DNA of 45,912 bases, filler included, from Catajapyx aquilonaris (Eukaryota): assembly GCA_000934665.2 (NCBI GenBank). It is 2 parts of 2 records of this genome, joined end to end, with 100 filler letters (N's around TTAATTAATTAA, not from the genome) between each part and the next. Parts side by side here need not be neighbours in the genome. Positions count along the whole stretch, not along the records: positions 1 to 23,058 come from KZ539422.1; 1 more part is not named here. One strand, given 5' to 3'. The notes beneath the pieces were generated by a model that saw only the letters and a list, made by a program, of their open reading frames with translations, made no database searches and was not told the origin of the DNA. This document shows positions 12,301 to 21,788 of the stretch, in pieces. The stretch's first letter is position 1, and each line of letters begins with the position of its first letter. The position numbers were made by a program, and so were the translations under genes.

Positions 12301-14784
12301 TAAAATTAGTGCTATTGAAATTGGGATGAGATAATTCTGGTTTACATTCAGTCGGAATAGGTTAAATAAAGCCGCAGCATCCTTTTTTATTCAGATGACC
12401 TCCATTTATATCGCTTATTCATCATTCTGTTGCACTCCCAGTCATAAGGAAACGAGCCGGTAAACCCGTACAAAAAGTGACATGGTGAAATATGATTAAC
12501 GCTCTAGGCCACTTGACTGCGGACCTACACAATTATCGTTGCACACCGTTACGTCACTGACACGTCACATCGCAGCTTCGTTGCTCAACACGTGCTACGT
12601 AATAAAAACTATATTCTTGCCACATGTGCAGAACAGAGTCCCGAAATGTCTTGCTCATTATGGACCCCATGCATAGAGTTTCCAAGGTGACCTAAGGGAC
12701 TCATTGATGTCTGATGCTCCTTAACGAAGTATTTGAAGAACGAGGCGACATGCGGGGTTGCATGAGACCTGAATGCTTTCTACAGACAGCCGCGACAAAA
12801 TTACTATTACCAGAGTGACAATCTGCAATGTGACGTGTATAGGGGAGTCGTCATTTGGAATATGTTTTCAGCTTGGTGGTTTTCAAACTGGGGTACGCGA
12901 ACACAATTTTGGGGGTACGCGAAAGATTTTTGGCAATGGCGTCCAGTCTCTACATTAGTGGTAACCATATAATATTCTGATTCAACCAGAAGGAACCAAC
13001 TTCTGAGAAAAACACAAAAAATGGTACTACTTATTCCCATCTTTCTTTTTGCTATTACAGTTGAATCCGGATATAGCAGACTTCAAGGGACCGAGGAAAT
13101 CAGTATGTTATAACCGAGCCGCAGCTGTTATATCCGGAGGCGACTGTATTATTTTAGGGAAGTTTTATTATATGCAGAGGCATTTTCTGACTGATGCCAT
13201 TTTCATTCAGCACACGATTTGAGACTCAAGAAGCAACATGGTAGTGTTAACAGTGTTAACTCGAAAATGCCAAAAGTAGAGTTAAGTCCTTTTCCTAATA
13301 TCTGGTTCAATTCTATCACTGCGCTATATGCAACGTTGTGAGGGATTTGAAAATAAACTCTGGCTGCACAGGCTGATCTACCTGGCCTTAAAAATTTCGA
13401 GTCTCAAAGAATGAAACAGAGGGCTTCAAGACATCACCGCCAATACAGCATTTCATGTGCAAAATACGTAATTATCGAAGGAATTACGAAGGAATTATCG
13501 AAAATTCCAGTTTTGGGAATGTTGAGTATGCTACAAGGTAGCAAATTTTCTTGCTTTCCAACACTCCAAGAATTTCAAAGCGGCAGTGGAGACCTAGTTG
13601 AGGTCAGCTTTCAAGTCAACATATTGGATCACAAGAATCAACTGGCGCAATAGTTTATAAAAAATATTAATTTCCAGAGCTGGACATGCCAATCATTTGC
13701 ATCAGGACTTGAGATTTCTTTATACCCCTCCCGAACATGTCAGAGCAGAATCAGGAAAAGTTCACCAAAATTTCTACGAATGAAGTTTGAAATTTAAAAT
13801 AACCCTTCTGAACTTTGGGCTGAAAAAATGGAAACCTATATCCGGGCCTGGCAACCAGTGGTCTGAAGTACTTAATACCATTTACTGACTGCCTAATAAT
13901 TATGTGAAGCTTGCAGTATTTTTGCGTTGACGTCCATGAAAACAAAGTACCGTCATCGACTCTACTTGTATGTTGAGAAAGACCTCAGGCTTAAATATAT
14001 TGACGCCATTTGTGAAAGAAAGAAATCACACCCATCGCACTAACTGATAAGACACAATTACAATATATTTTCAGGTTGAGTTGGGGGGGGGGGGGGNNNN
14101 NNNNNNNNNNNNNNNTGAAAAGGGGTACGCGTCACTGTGCTAGAGTAGATACGGGACAGAAGACACGCTGATCAGTGCGCCTCCACGCGTTGCTGGCGTG
14201 GACTACGTGCACACATCCTCACCTTGGGTAAAGATATTCCGTGTAGTATAGGATCAAGAGCGACAAGAAACGAGTTGAACGTGCAAGGAAACCGGTGTCA
14301 GTTTGAATAATTGAGTTTGAAATGTCAATGAAACTAGTTTCGCCTTCGTATTAAGGTGCAAGGAGATGTAGTGGGCAGAATGCGACAGAAAATGCTCACG
14401 CTTTTTGGTGTAGTAAATTAAGAAACCCTCAAGTATACAGGGTGGTCCAACATCAAGTGTCGTTTTATAATGGCGATTAATAGCAGTGATTTTGCGATGA
14501 CGTAGCAGCGACGCGTAAAATGTCCCACTTCGGCGCCATCGAAGTGGGCAATTTTACACGTCGCTGCTACGTCAATCGTAAAGCGCTTCTATTAATAGCC
14601 GTTATAAAACGACACTTGATGTTGGACCACCCTGTATAAACAGTAAGGTATATTATAGTGAATATGATTATTTTTATGAAATATTAAAGTGTTGTCGTAT
14701 CAAAAGTATGAAAAGTCAGCGATTCATCCTGCAGTAATGATTTTTCCATTACAAAATTAGCATTATTATGAGGTGCAGGTTGCC

Positions 14785-14864
<80 letters not shown>

Positions 14865-17816
14865 TCGAGTGAGAGTTCTGAATGCAAATAGATGGCACTC
14901 TCTAGAAATCTAGCTATAACTTACTCGACTACTCGTACTATACGTATTACTCAAACTTAGTGTTTTAGTAGGACAAGTAGTTTATGACGCTGCGCTGTCA
15001 TCTAACAAAGATACCAAAAATATTATGCCGGCTATTTATTTTGTCACCATGATAAGTTGCCATGTGCATGAACTGTACCAGAAATGAGCATGTTTTGGGC
15101 AGTAGCCTACATCATCAGGCCTAGCTATTACTTCCAAAATATCTCATAATTATATAGTACCGTATGTATGCGCTCATAATATTATATTGCCTTTTAATCT
15201 TTCAGATATTGCCTATACTCATATGGGTAACAAAACGAAAACTGGCTCGCGCTCATCTTCATAATGGTATGCCTAAACTGACAAAATAATATCTGAAAAA
15301 TATATCACCGGGCTTAAATGGCAAATGGCACTTCCAAAGAGTTAAACAAAGTATTTCTCTAAATTAATTAACTGGAAACCCCTGTATTGCATTGCAAGAA
15401 CGTCATTATACACTGTTGACTTTTATTAATTAAAGCATTGAAAAATACACTGGGGGGGATAAGGATAATCGGGACTTCTTCGAGTTCCAACTCTGGCCTA
15501 AAGAGGAGACAGTGGATCCCACCCTCGCTACACAAAAGAAAGGTCGTGTTTGCGGTTGACCATTCCCTCTAGGCACAATAAAAACCGTGAAAATTAGGGT
15601 TCCCCCAACTTCTAGTAGTTCTCAAATCAGTCAAATATTGACAAAATTATTATTTGCCGAAAGGTTATATAGCTAAATATAAAAATCGGCTTCACGGGTC
15701 CGGAGCACCTCATTTTTCCTCATTTTTGGGTGCTTGTTACACCACCACTTAAAATTTTACGACGGCGTAATTTACTCCCGAATGCAAATGACTTTAAAAT
15801 ACTACGTACATTAAGAATATGGGAAAAGTACATCACACATGTGTAAGAGAGAGGTCAGTTACACTTACACACAAAAAATCGGCTCTGCTGTTGTTAGTTA
15901 GCGAGAACTTTACTCCCAAATTCTCNNNNNNNNNNNNNNNNNCCTTAACAAGGTAGCAGACGCGTGTCCTTATTATAACAAACCGTACACATTGAGGCAC
16001 CAACAAACACAATTATCAATAAATATAATACTGTAGTTGTAACAACACAGCACTGTACTACGCTATATTTATATTAGTTTAAACCGTAGATAACTGAAAC
16101 CGCGGATAACGGGGAGCGGGGGAACACGTTGTTTTCTTGCCTGATACGAAATACTACATCATTTGCTATACTCCAAGCTGACTCCCAAGTCTCCAACTCA
16201 TCACAATTTGTGGCATTGCTCTTTTGCAGTGCAAGAATATGTGAGTGCAAAGAAAAGGTCATTGGCTGCCAATCTGCCCATCGCAACATTTCTGACCATT
16301 GGTTTGATGACCTTACCTTGGATTGCCTACGCCGTATGGAACTGGAGGCATCTGGCTCTAACGCTATCGGCTCCCTTCATATTTGTGGTCATTGCACCAT
16401 GGTAAAAGTTAACGCATATAATGTGCAATGCTAAAATTAACATTATCATTAACTTATTTCAGGGTAATTCCTGAGTCTGGAAGGTGGTTATTATCAAAAG
16501 GGAGGTCTAAAGAAGCAGAGAAAATCTTTAGACGCGTAGCCAAAACCAATGGAAAGCACGTTCCAGAAGGAGTGTTTGCAGAATTCCGAGTGAGTATATG
16601 ATAAGAAAATTGATTACTTGACAGGTATGTACTGTCATAGTGCAGAATCGCGATGTAGCTCATAAGATATGACAATGATATGCTCACTTTTTTCAAACAG
16701 GAGGCTGCACGGAAGATGGGCGAGAAGAATAATCGCAGGGAGTCGTCATATTTAGATTTATTTCGCACTCCGGTTCTCCGCAAAAGGGTTTTCATAATGT
16801 GTGGATACTGGTATGATAGCAATTTCTTATGTCCCATTAGACAATTTAAGGTTTTAGTGTGTACGTATAATTTAGTGTCTTATTTTAGGATGACAACACT
16901 GCTATGTTACGACGGACACTTACGAAACCTGGAGAACGTTGAATATAACATATACTGGACGTTCACTATTGCTGGAGCGCTGGAATTTCCTGCCGACATG
17001 TTAACTATTTTTACATTAGAATGGATTGGACGCAGATGGACGTCATCTCTATCACTTCTTCTCAGTGGCATCACCTATCTATCTGTTATATTTATTCCTA
17101 CTGGTCAGTATTATTACACGGCATCTCTAAACTCACTTGATTTGAGCATGTCATACGATAATAATAGTTCAATACAATATCTTTATAGGTCACACAATGA
17201 CCAGCACTTGCATGGCCATGGCAGGACGATTCTTTATCACCATGACTCTCAACGTGCTTACTCAGTATACATTAGAACTGCTACCCACACTACTCCGAGC
17301 ACAGGGTAACAGTCTGTTAATGGTCGTAGCTTCTATAGCGACCTCATTTTCCCCGTACGTGGTGTACTTGGTAAGTACAGCCGACCATGTCAATAGCTAC
17401 ACTGCCTTAAAACCATATTTCCACAGGGTACACGAAGCACCTTCCTTCCATTTCTTATATTGGGATTGGTTGCCATGTCTGGAGGAGTGATGTGCCTATT
17501 TCTTCCTGAGAGCATGAAAGAGCCTTTACCAAACACAGTAAAGGAGGCAGAAAACATGGGTGCATCGCAACCTTTCTGCCATTTTCCGTGCTGTGAAAAG
17601 GATCCAGAGGAGGATAGGATCTCATGTTCGTGTGAGTTGTGTGTGAAACAGTAAATAATTCTAAGACTGCGATTTGAGACTTCATGCGATAATTTGGTTG
17701 CAGACAAACCATCTGGGAATGGCGATCATAATGGAGACGTTACAGCAAAGGCAGAAGATGATGTCGAATCAACTCTACTTCCGTCCTCTAAGTATTTAGC
17801 CAATCAAATCAACTGA
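9040..17816 (+). CDS. SLC22-family organic cation transporter (MFS), carcinine transporter (CarT)-like; whole gene span, 10 coding exons, 1773 nt, ~590 aa
   Basis: join(9040-9318,10082-10192,10410-10668,16230-16401,16463-16589,16701-16810,16889-17103,17189-17370,17427-17631,17704-17816). All introns are GT..AG, with phases 0,0,1,2,0,2,1,0,1. SLC22 motifs: DDMLVHVGGFGRFQ, HWC, YSQCRMY, CQHGWEYD, VSEYDWVC, DAWGR, PESGRWL, LFRTPVLR, IGRR, ELLPTLLRAQG, LPES. The segment YDGHLRN...FTIAGALEFPAD resembles the arthropod CarT subfamily (from memory, not searched). Confidence 0.92.
10082..10192 (+). CDS. SLC22 transporter coding exon 2 (VLLNPQ...CQHGWEYD...VVSE)
   Basis: Acceptor CTCCTTCTCAG and donor GAG|GTAAAT; 111 nt, phase 0/0. 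Confidence 0.9.
10410..10668 (+). CDS. SLC22 transporter coding exon 3 (YDWVCEENW...MVYLI)
   Basis: Acceptor CTTTGCTTCTAAG (AAG type) and donor T|GTGAGT. Joining restores the conserved SE-x-D-W-V-C motif. Confidence 0.9.
12874..14137 (+). mobile_element. Decayed hAT (Buster/Charlie-type) transposon in intron 3
   Basis: The left end GGTGGTTTTCAAACTGGGGTACGCG carries a subterminal GGGGTACGCG motif that is repeated immediately and again at 14122-14131. Frameshifted transposase C-terminus: WLHRLIYLA, FSCFPTLQEF, YPGLATSGLKYLIPFT, LTSMKTKYRHRL, VEKDLRLK..IDAICERKKSHPSH* (stop 14041-14043). This matches the Buster/ZBED5-8-like hAT dimerisation region. Confidence 0.85.
13058..13146. mobile_element. 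Tiny pogo/Tigger-type MITE (89 bp) nested in the hAT remnant
   Basis: TA|CAGTTGAATCCGGATATAGCAG ... CTGTTATATCCGGAGGCGACTG|TA: 22-bp imperfect TIRs with a TA TSD. Confidence 0.85.
14438..14634. mobile_element. Tc1/mariner-type MITE forming a near full-length hairpin (197 bp)
   Basis: TA|CAGGGTGGTCCAACATCAAGTGTCGTTTTATAA ... TTATAAAACGACACTTGATGTTGGACCACCCTG|TA. Complementarity continues inward to CCCACTTCG-gcgccat-CGAAGTGGG. Confidence 0.95.
14786..14862. repeat. (TTA)n microsatellite
   Basis: Direct reading. Confidence 0.98.
16230..16401 (+). CDS. SLC22 transporter coding exon 4 (LQEYVSAKKRSL...VIAP)
   Basis: Acceptor CTCTTTTGCAG and donor TG|GTAAAA; phase 1/2. Confidence 0.92.
16463..16589 (+). 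CDS. SLC22 transporter coding exon 5 (WVIPESGRWLLSKGR...AEFR)
   Basis: Acceptor TTATTTCAG and donor CGA|GTGAGT; contains the PES-x-RWL motif. It is absent from the ORF track on the + strand. Confidence 0.93.
16701..16810 (+). CDS. SLC22 transporter coding exon 6 (EAARK...LDLFRTPVLRKR...CGY)
   Basis: Acceptor TTTTTTCAAACAG and donor TG|GTATGA. Confidence 0.92.
16889..17103 (+). CDS. SLC22 transporter coding exon 7 (WMTTLLCYDGH...IGRRW...FIPT)
   Basis: Acceptor TCTTATTTTAG and donor G|GTCAGT. Confidence 0.92.
17189..17370 (+). CDS. SLC22 transporter coding exon 8 (GHTMTS...ELLPTLLRAQG...SPYVVYL)
   Basis: Acceptor TCTTTATAG and donor TTG|GTAAGT. Confidence 0.92.
17427..17631 (+). CDS. SLC22 transporter coding exon 9 (GTRSTFLPFLILG...LPESMKEPLPNT...)
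   Basis: Acceptor ATTTCCACAG; contains the last TM helix and the LPE(S/T) motif. Probable donor T|GTGAGT at 17632; without splicing the frame stops at 17652-17654. Confidence 0.88.
17704..17816 (+). CDS. SLC22 transporter probable terminal coding exon 10 (YKPSGNGDHNG...LANQIN*)
   Basis: Acceptor TTTGGTTGCAG at 17703. The phase-1 join gives an open hydrophilic tail ending at TGA 17814-17816. No homology support is available by eye. Confidence 0.7.
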
Positions 17817-18695
17817 AATATAACCGTATGTGATCATCGAACTGTTATTCAGTAATTGAATAATTTGTTAAACATTTCTAAGGCGCAGCATCGAGTTACC
17901 TTGTGCATTTATAGAATGCATCGTGATATTAAAGGAGGATTGATAATAGACAATCCCATACCGGACATTTATATCTGTAGTGAGTATTTTATTAACATGG
18001 GGCATTTTTTGAGTGGAGATTAGCTGTAGGCATTGCCAAGCCATGTGTTCCAAATTCGTGTCTTCTGTACTGGTGGCCTATGCCAGAAACTTCGCCAGAA
18101 ACTCAAAACTCCCTATATTTAAAGGGTAACCTTTTTTACTATGCATAGCCTATTATTGCCGATTGTTGCACATGAATTCAAGGTCAGTACTTTTGTAGGT
18201 TAGATAATTTTATACCGGCAGTTATGATACTGAGGGCGTGTTGTATGCAAGTAAAATAGGGGAAAATCGCAAATATTCGCGACGACATCATCACGACATT
18301 ATCGGAGATTTTCTTTATAATTTTCATTCGTACAACCAGCCCTGATGTGTAATCAGTGATGATACCTTTTTTATTTTCTCGGCGTCACGAACATAAAAAA
18401 AATTCTGTAGTATTATATTTATCCGATAAGCTTGCTGCAGTACGAGTACTTCACCCTAATACCTTAATACTTTATCCCGATTGATATGTCTGATTGTCAA
18501 AAGATAAAAACTCCCTGCACCGCACCTTCCTCTTGGGTCTCAATAATACAATGTCAATGTGATATGTATATGCACGACTTAAAAGCCCAGTCTTAGATGT
18601 TATATTATTATATTATGTTTGGGTTACACCTAAGCTTATCTGACGCATACAAGTCACAAGGACCAAACCTATTTCTCAAAGTTACAATAATTATA

Positions 18696-19382
18696 TAGGG
18701 TCATCGAAAAAGAATATCCCAATTTTAAAACCTCTCGAAAACTTGAGACATATCTATATGATTTAAGTTTTGAAATGCTAAGAAAAGTCTTAAAATTTTG
18801 GTCTCGCCATAGTTTGTTTCGATATGAAGTCCGTTTGTCGCTCAGCAAATAAACAAGACTGCATTCGGTTTCGAGCCCACCCCGGTCAATCATATCTGGA
18901 GCTACCGTTGCAATCATATCCCGTAGGTTCTGGAGATGATAGGTCGTTGTACCACACACATTGTTCTTGATGATGCACATAAAAAAAGTCACATCATCCA
19001 TGAAATAATCCTGCCGTAGGAAAGTTTCATTTGTTCAGGCCCCCAGTGTGCGACATCTTGAATGAGAAGTTTCCCCATGCCTAGCCCAGGAGCCCAGATT
19101 TTACCCCGATGGGCTTTTTTGTGGAGATACATGTCTGGTGAAAAGATCCGGCATATCCAGCACCTATGGGATAGGATCACAATGGTGACTTCAGACACGT
19201 CTGATTGGGTTTGGCAAGACACTGTGAGTACCGTATTTACATTTTCGAGCCACAAATGGAGTTCATTTCGAAACAAATTTAGGTGAGACGAAAACTTTTG
19301 ACCTTTCTTAGGATTTAAATATGTCTACAAGTTTTCGAGCTATAAGGTTTTAAAATTGGGACATTCTTTTTCGATGACCCTG
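18696..19382. mobile_element. Tc1/mariner-derived foldback built from two inverted transposon 3' ends
   Basis: TA-flanked TIRs TAGGGTCATCGAAAAAGAATATCCCAATTTTAAAACCT / AGGTTTTAAAATTGGGACATTCTTTTTCGATGACCCTG. Transposase C-terminal remnants lie on both strands: minus, FFMCIIKNNV...LQNLRDMIATVAPDMIDR; plus, PRSPDFTPMGF...IQHLWDRITMVTSDT...RATNGVHFE. Confidence 0.85.
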
Positions 19383-19637
19383 TACTTGATATCTACAGTA
19401 TTACCGAGACCTTGAAACCTTAAATGTAGTACATTAATAATGCGAATGTAAGATATTGCAAGTGACAGCTATGCAGGCCATCCCTTCTACAACCATGTTT
19501 TAAAGATAATAATAATTATTTTATATTTCTATTCGTCTTAGATGGCCTCCATAAATTATTATTTTTCGACTAGAGCAAGATTGTCATACTGTATAGTACT
19601 TGCATAATGCAATCCATTTAGTATAAATGGTGAGGAA

Positions 19638-20319
19638 CTGACAAGGGAACGGTCAGGGTCGAGAACCTCCGATTTGGTTGAAACTGGCTTGGGGGGTCAT
19701 TCATGTGCGATAGACACAGTGGTGAAAGTGTTAGCTCTCACTGTCCAGCCGTTTCCGAGATATGAGTGACAGTAACATCCGAATTTTGGCCACGCGCATT
19801 TGCCGGGAGCCGCTATGCCAGCTCCAAATCCCTTCTACCTTGATTGCCCCGCTCCCCTTTCGATCGCATACAGTATCCCCCACTCCCCCACCAACATTTC
19901 CGTTTTCCATTGTTTCTTTGCTCCGGTATTTATTATGAGTTTTCCCCATTACCCAATTTTAGGTATAGAAGCTCTTTATTCGCAGTTGACAGAAGTGAAA
20001 GAAAGCAGCTTGATGGTCTCATAATAAATACCGGAGCAAAGAAACTATGGAAAACGAAGATGTTGGTGGGGGAGTGGGGGATGGTGGTGTGGGATCGAAA
20101 AAAGTGGGGGGAATCAAGGTAGAAGGGATTTGGAGCTGGCAGAGCGGCTCCCGGCAAATGCGCGCGGCCAAAATTCGGATGTTACTGTCACTCATATCTC
20201 GGAAACGGCTGGATAGTGCGAGCTAACACTTTCACCACTGTGTCTATTGCACATGAATGACCCCTCATGCCAGTTTCAACCAAATCGGAGGTTCTCGACC
20301 CTGACCGTTCCCTTGTGAG
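19638..20319. mobile_element. Long foldback element: ~302-bp inverted arms (19638-19939 and 20018-20319) with a 78-bp spacer
   Basis: CTGACAAGGGAACGGTCAGGGTCGAGAACCTCCGATTTGGTTGAAACTGGC... is mirrored by ...GCCAGTTTCAACCAAATCGGAGGTTCTCGACCCTGACCGTTCCCTTGTGAG. This explains the twin ORFs MPGAAMPAPNPFYLD (+) and MPGAALPAPNPFYLD (-). No clean TSD (AA on the left, TA on the right). Confidence 0.93.
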
Positions 20320-20684
20320 TATGATTCACCGTGTAGCATACTCGTATTATTATGTAAATTATATATCGAAGATGAGATAATCTCATCCCCATATAATATA
20401 TAATATAGATAAATGCCTTCCTTCTAGCACTTTTATTTTATCCTGACAATGTCCATCTGTTCTGTACTCGGGACTTTTATGTCAAATGATTGTACTGGTG
20501 CAGAAAAGTGCCTCGATCAGGCTCGATCCTTTAAGGGCTCAATATATACTGTATAATAAAGGTGTGAAGTAATAAAGATTAATTATATTATTTGTGTTTT
20601 GGTTGCTCACGGAATAGCATGAGAGGTGGAGTTGTATGGCGGATCAAATGAAACCCGAATAAATTATGGTGTCTGGACCAGATA

Positions 20685-21655
20685 CCGTATTACCCATGGG
20701 TTTAGATATTAAGAAGACTCGGGTTAGGTCACTCCCACCCACCCCCTGCCGCTGCCGGGGCGTTTTGCAGCGGGTGCTCACCTGAGAGCGCCATGAGACA
20801 TTTCTGAGCCCAGGTAAGTGGCAACCCTACCGGACTAGACTGAACTTTATAGGTACGAAAGGGAAGCGCTCAGAAGCGCTGCATGCGAGCCGCCGGCGGC
20901 CATGTTGGCCCCCCCAATGTAGCCCTCCCCTTTCGTACCTATAAAGTTCAGCCTAGTCCGGTAGGGTCGCCACTTACCTGGGCTCCTAAATGTCTCATGG
21001 AGCTCTCAGGTGAGCACCCGCTGCAAAATGCCTCGGCAGGCGAAAACGCCAGAATGTAGTACCGGTATAAGTGTCCGGGGGCTGGTATTACCTCTCATAT
21101 TGCGTCACTCCGGTATAAAACGAGGTCGACCAGCATGCCGGCATAACCCGGGGGTGGCCAGCATGCTGCAATAACCGATGTAGATTTCCGTAATTTTGAT
21201 CCATGCCAAATTTTTTGGAATGCTTCTGGTACCATACTAAAATAATGTTACAATGAAAATGGGCAAGTGTACAGGCTGTGAGAATATGTCAGTTCTGCTG
21301 CACAGTACATTTAAAAAATGTAGAGTGTATGACCAATCCCATCGTCAGCCTGCTTTGACAGGGGAACCGCCTGCTCTAACATAGCCTACTGTTTAAATAG
21401 AGATTGTTGCCAAACACTGCAATATTGAAAACAAGATAATTATGGTAGGGGTAGCCTATTTGGAAAATGTGCCTTTTCGATGGCCTTTACGTGAATTTCG
21501 ATTTTCAGGCAAATGTCAAGTTCAGAAAGGATAATGTAACTTATGTGAAAACCTCGCCCTATACCGGCATGCCGGTATAGCCACCATAACGTGCATTCCT
21601 AAAAACTGGCCGACCGCGCTTACACCGGCAGGCCGCAATATGAGAGGTAATACGG
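20685..21655. mobile_element. pogo/Tigger-like MITE (~573 bp once the nested insertion and one TSD copy are removed); left TIR interrupted
   Basis: The reconstructed left end TA|CCGTATTACC+TCTCATATTGCG (20685-20694 joined to 21093 onward) matches the right end CGCAATATGAGAGGTAATACGG|TA (21634-21655). A weaker inverted match continues inward. Confidence 0.85.
20695..21084. mobile_element. Palindrome-core insertion element, copy A (390 bp, 8-bp TSD GTATTACC)
   Basis: TSD at 20687-20694 and 21085-21092. Ends CATGGG...GGGGCTG. Internal palindrome 20752-21039 centred on GCC|GGC at 20894/20895. Confidence 0.92.
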
Positions 21656-21788
21656 TACTACTTAAGGCATGGATTTGAAACTGCCGGCACAGGAAGATGG
21701 TATCGATCCCTCCAATTGGCATGAGTTAGAATCTTCGCGCACATACCGCGGCCAGCATAATTTCCAAATACACATAGTTCGTCCAGGC

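Noticed and set aside
19731..20157. Pair of paralogous small ORFs (MPGAAMPAP.../MPGAALPAP...)
   Set aside because: They are the two arms of the foldback element read on opposite strands, with no protein-family resemblance.
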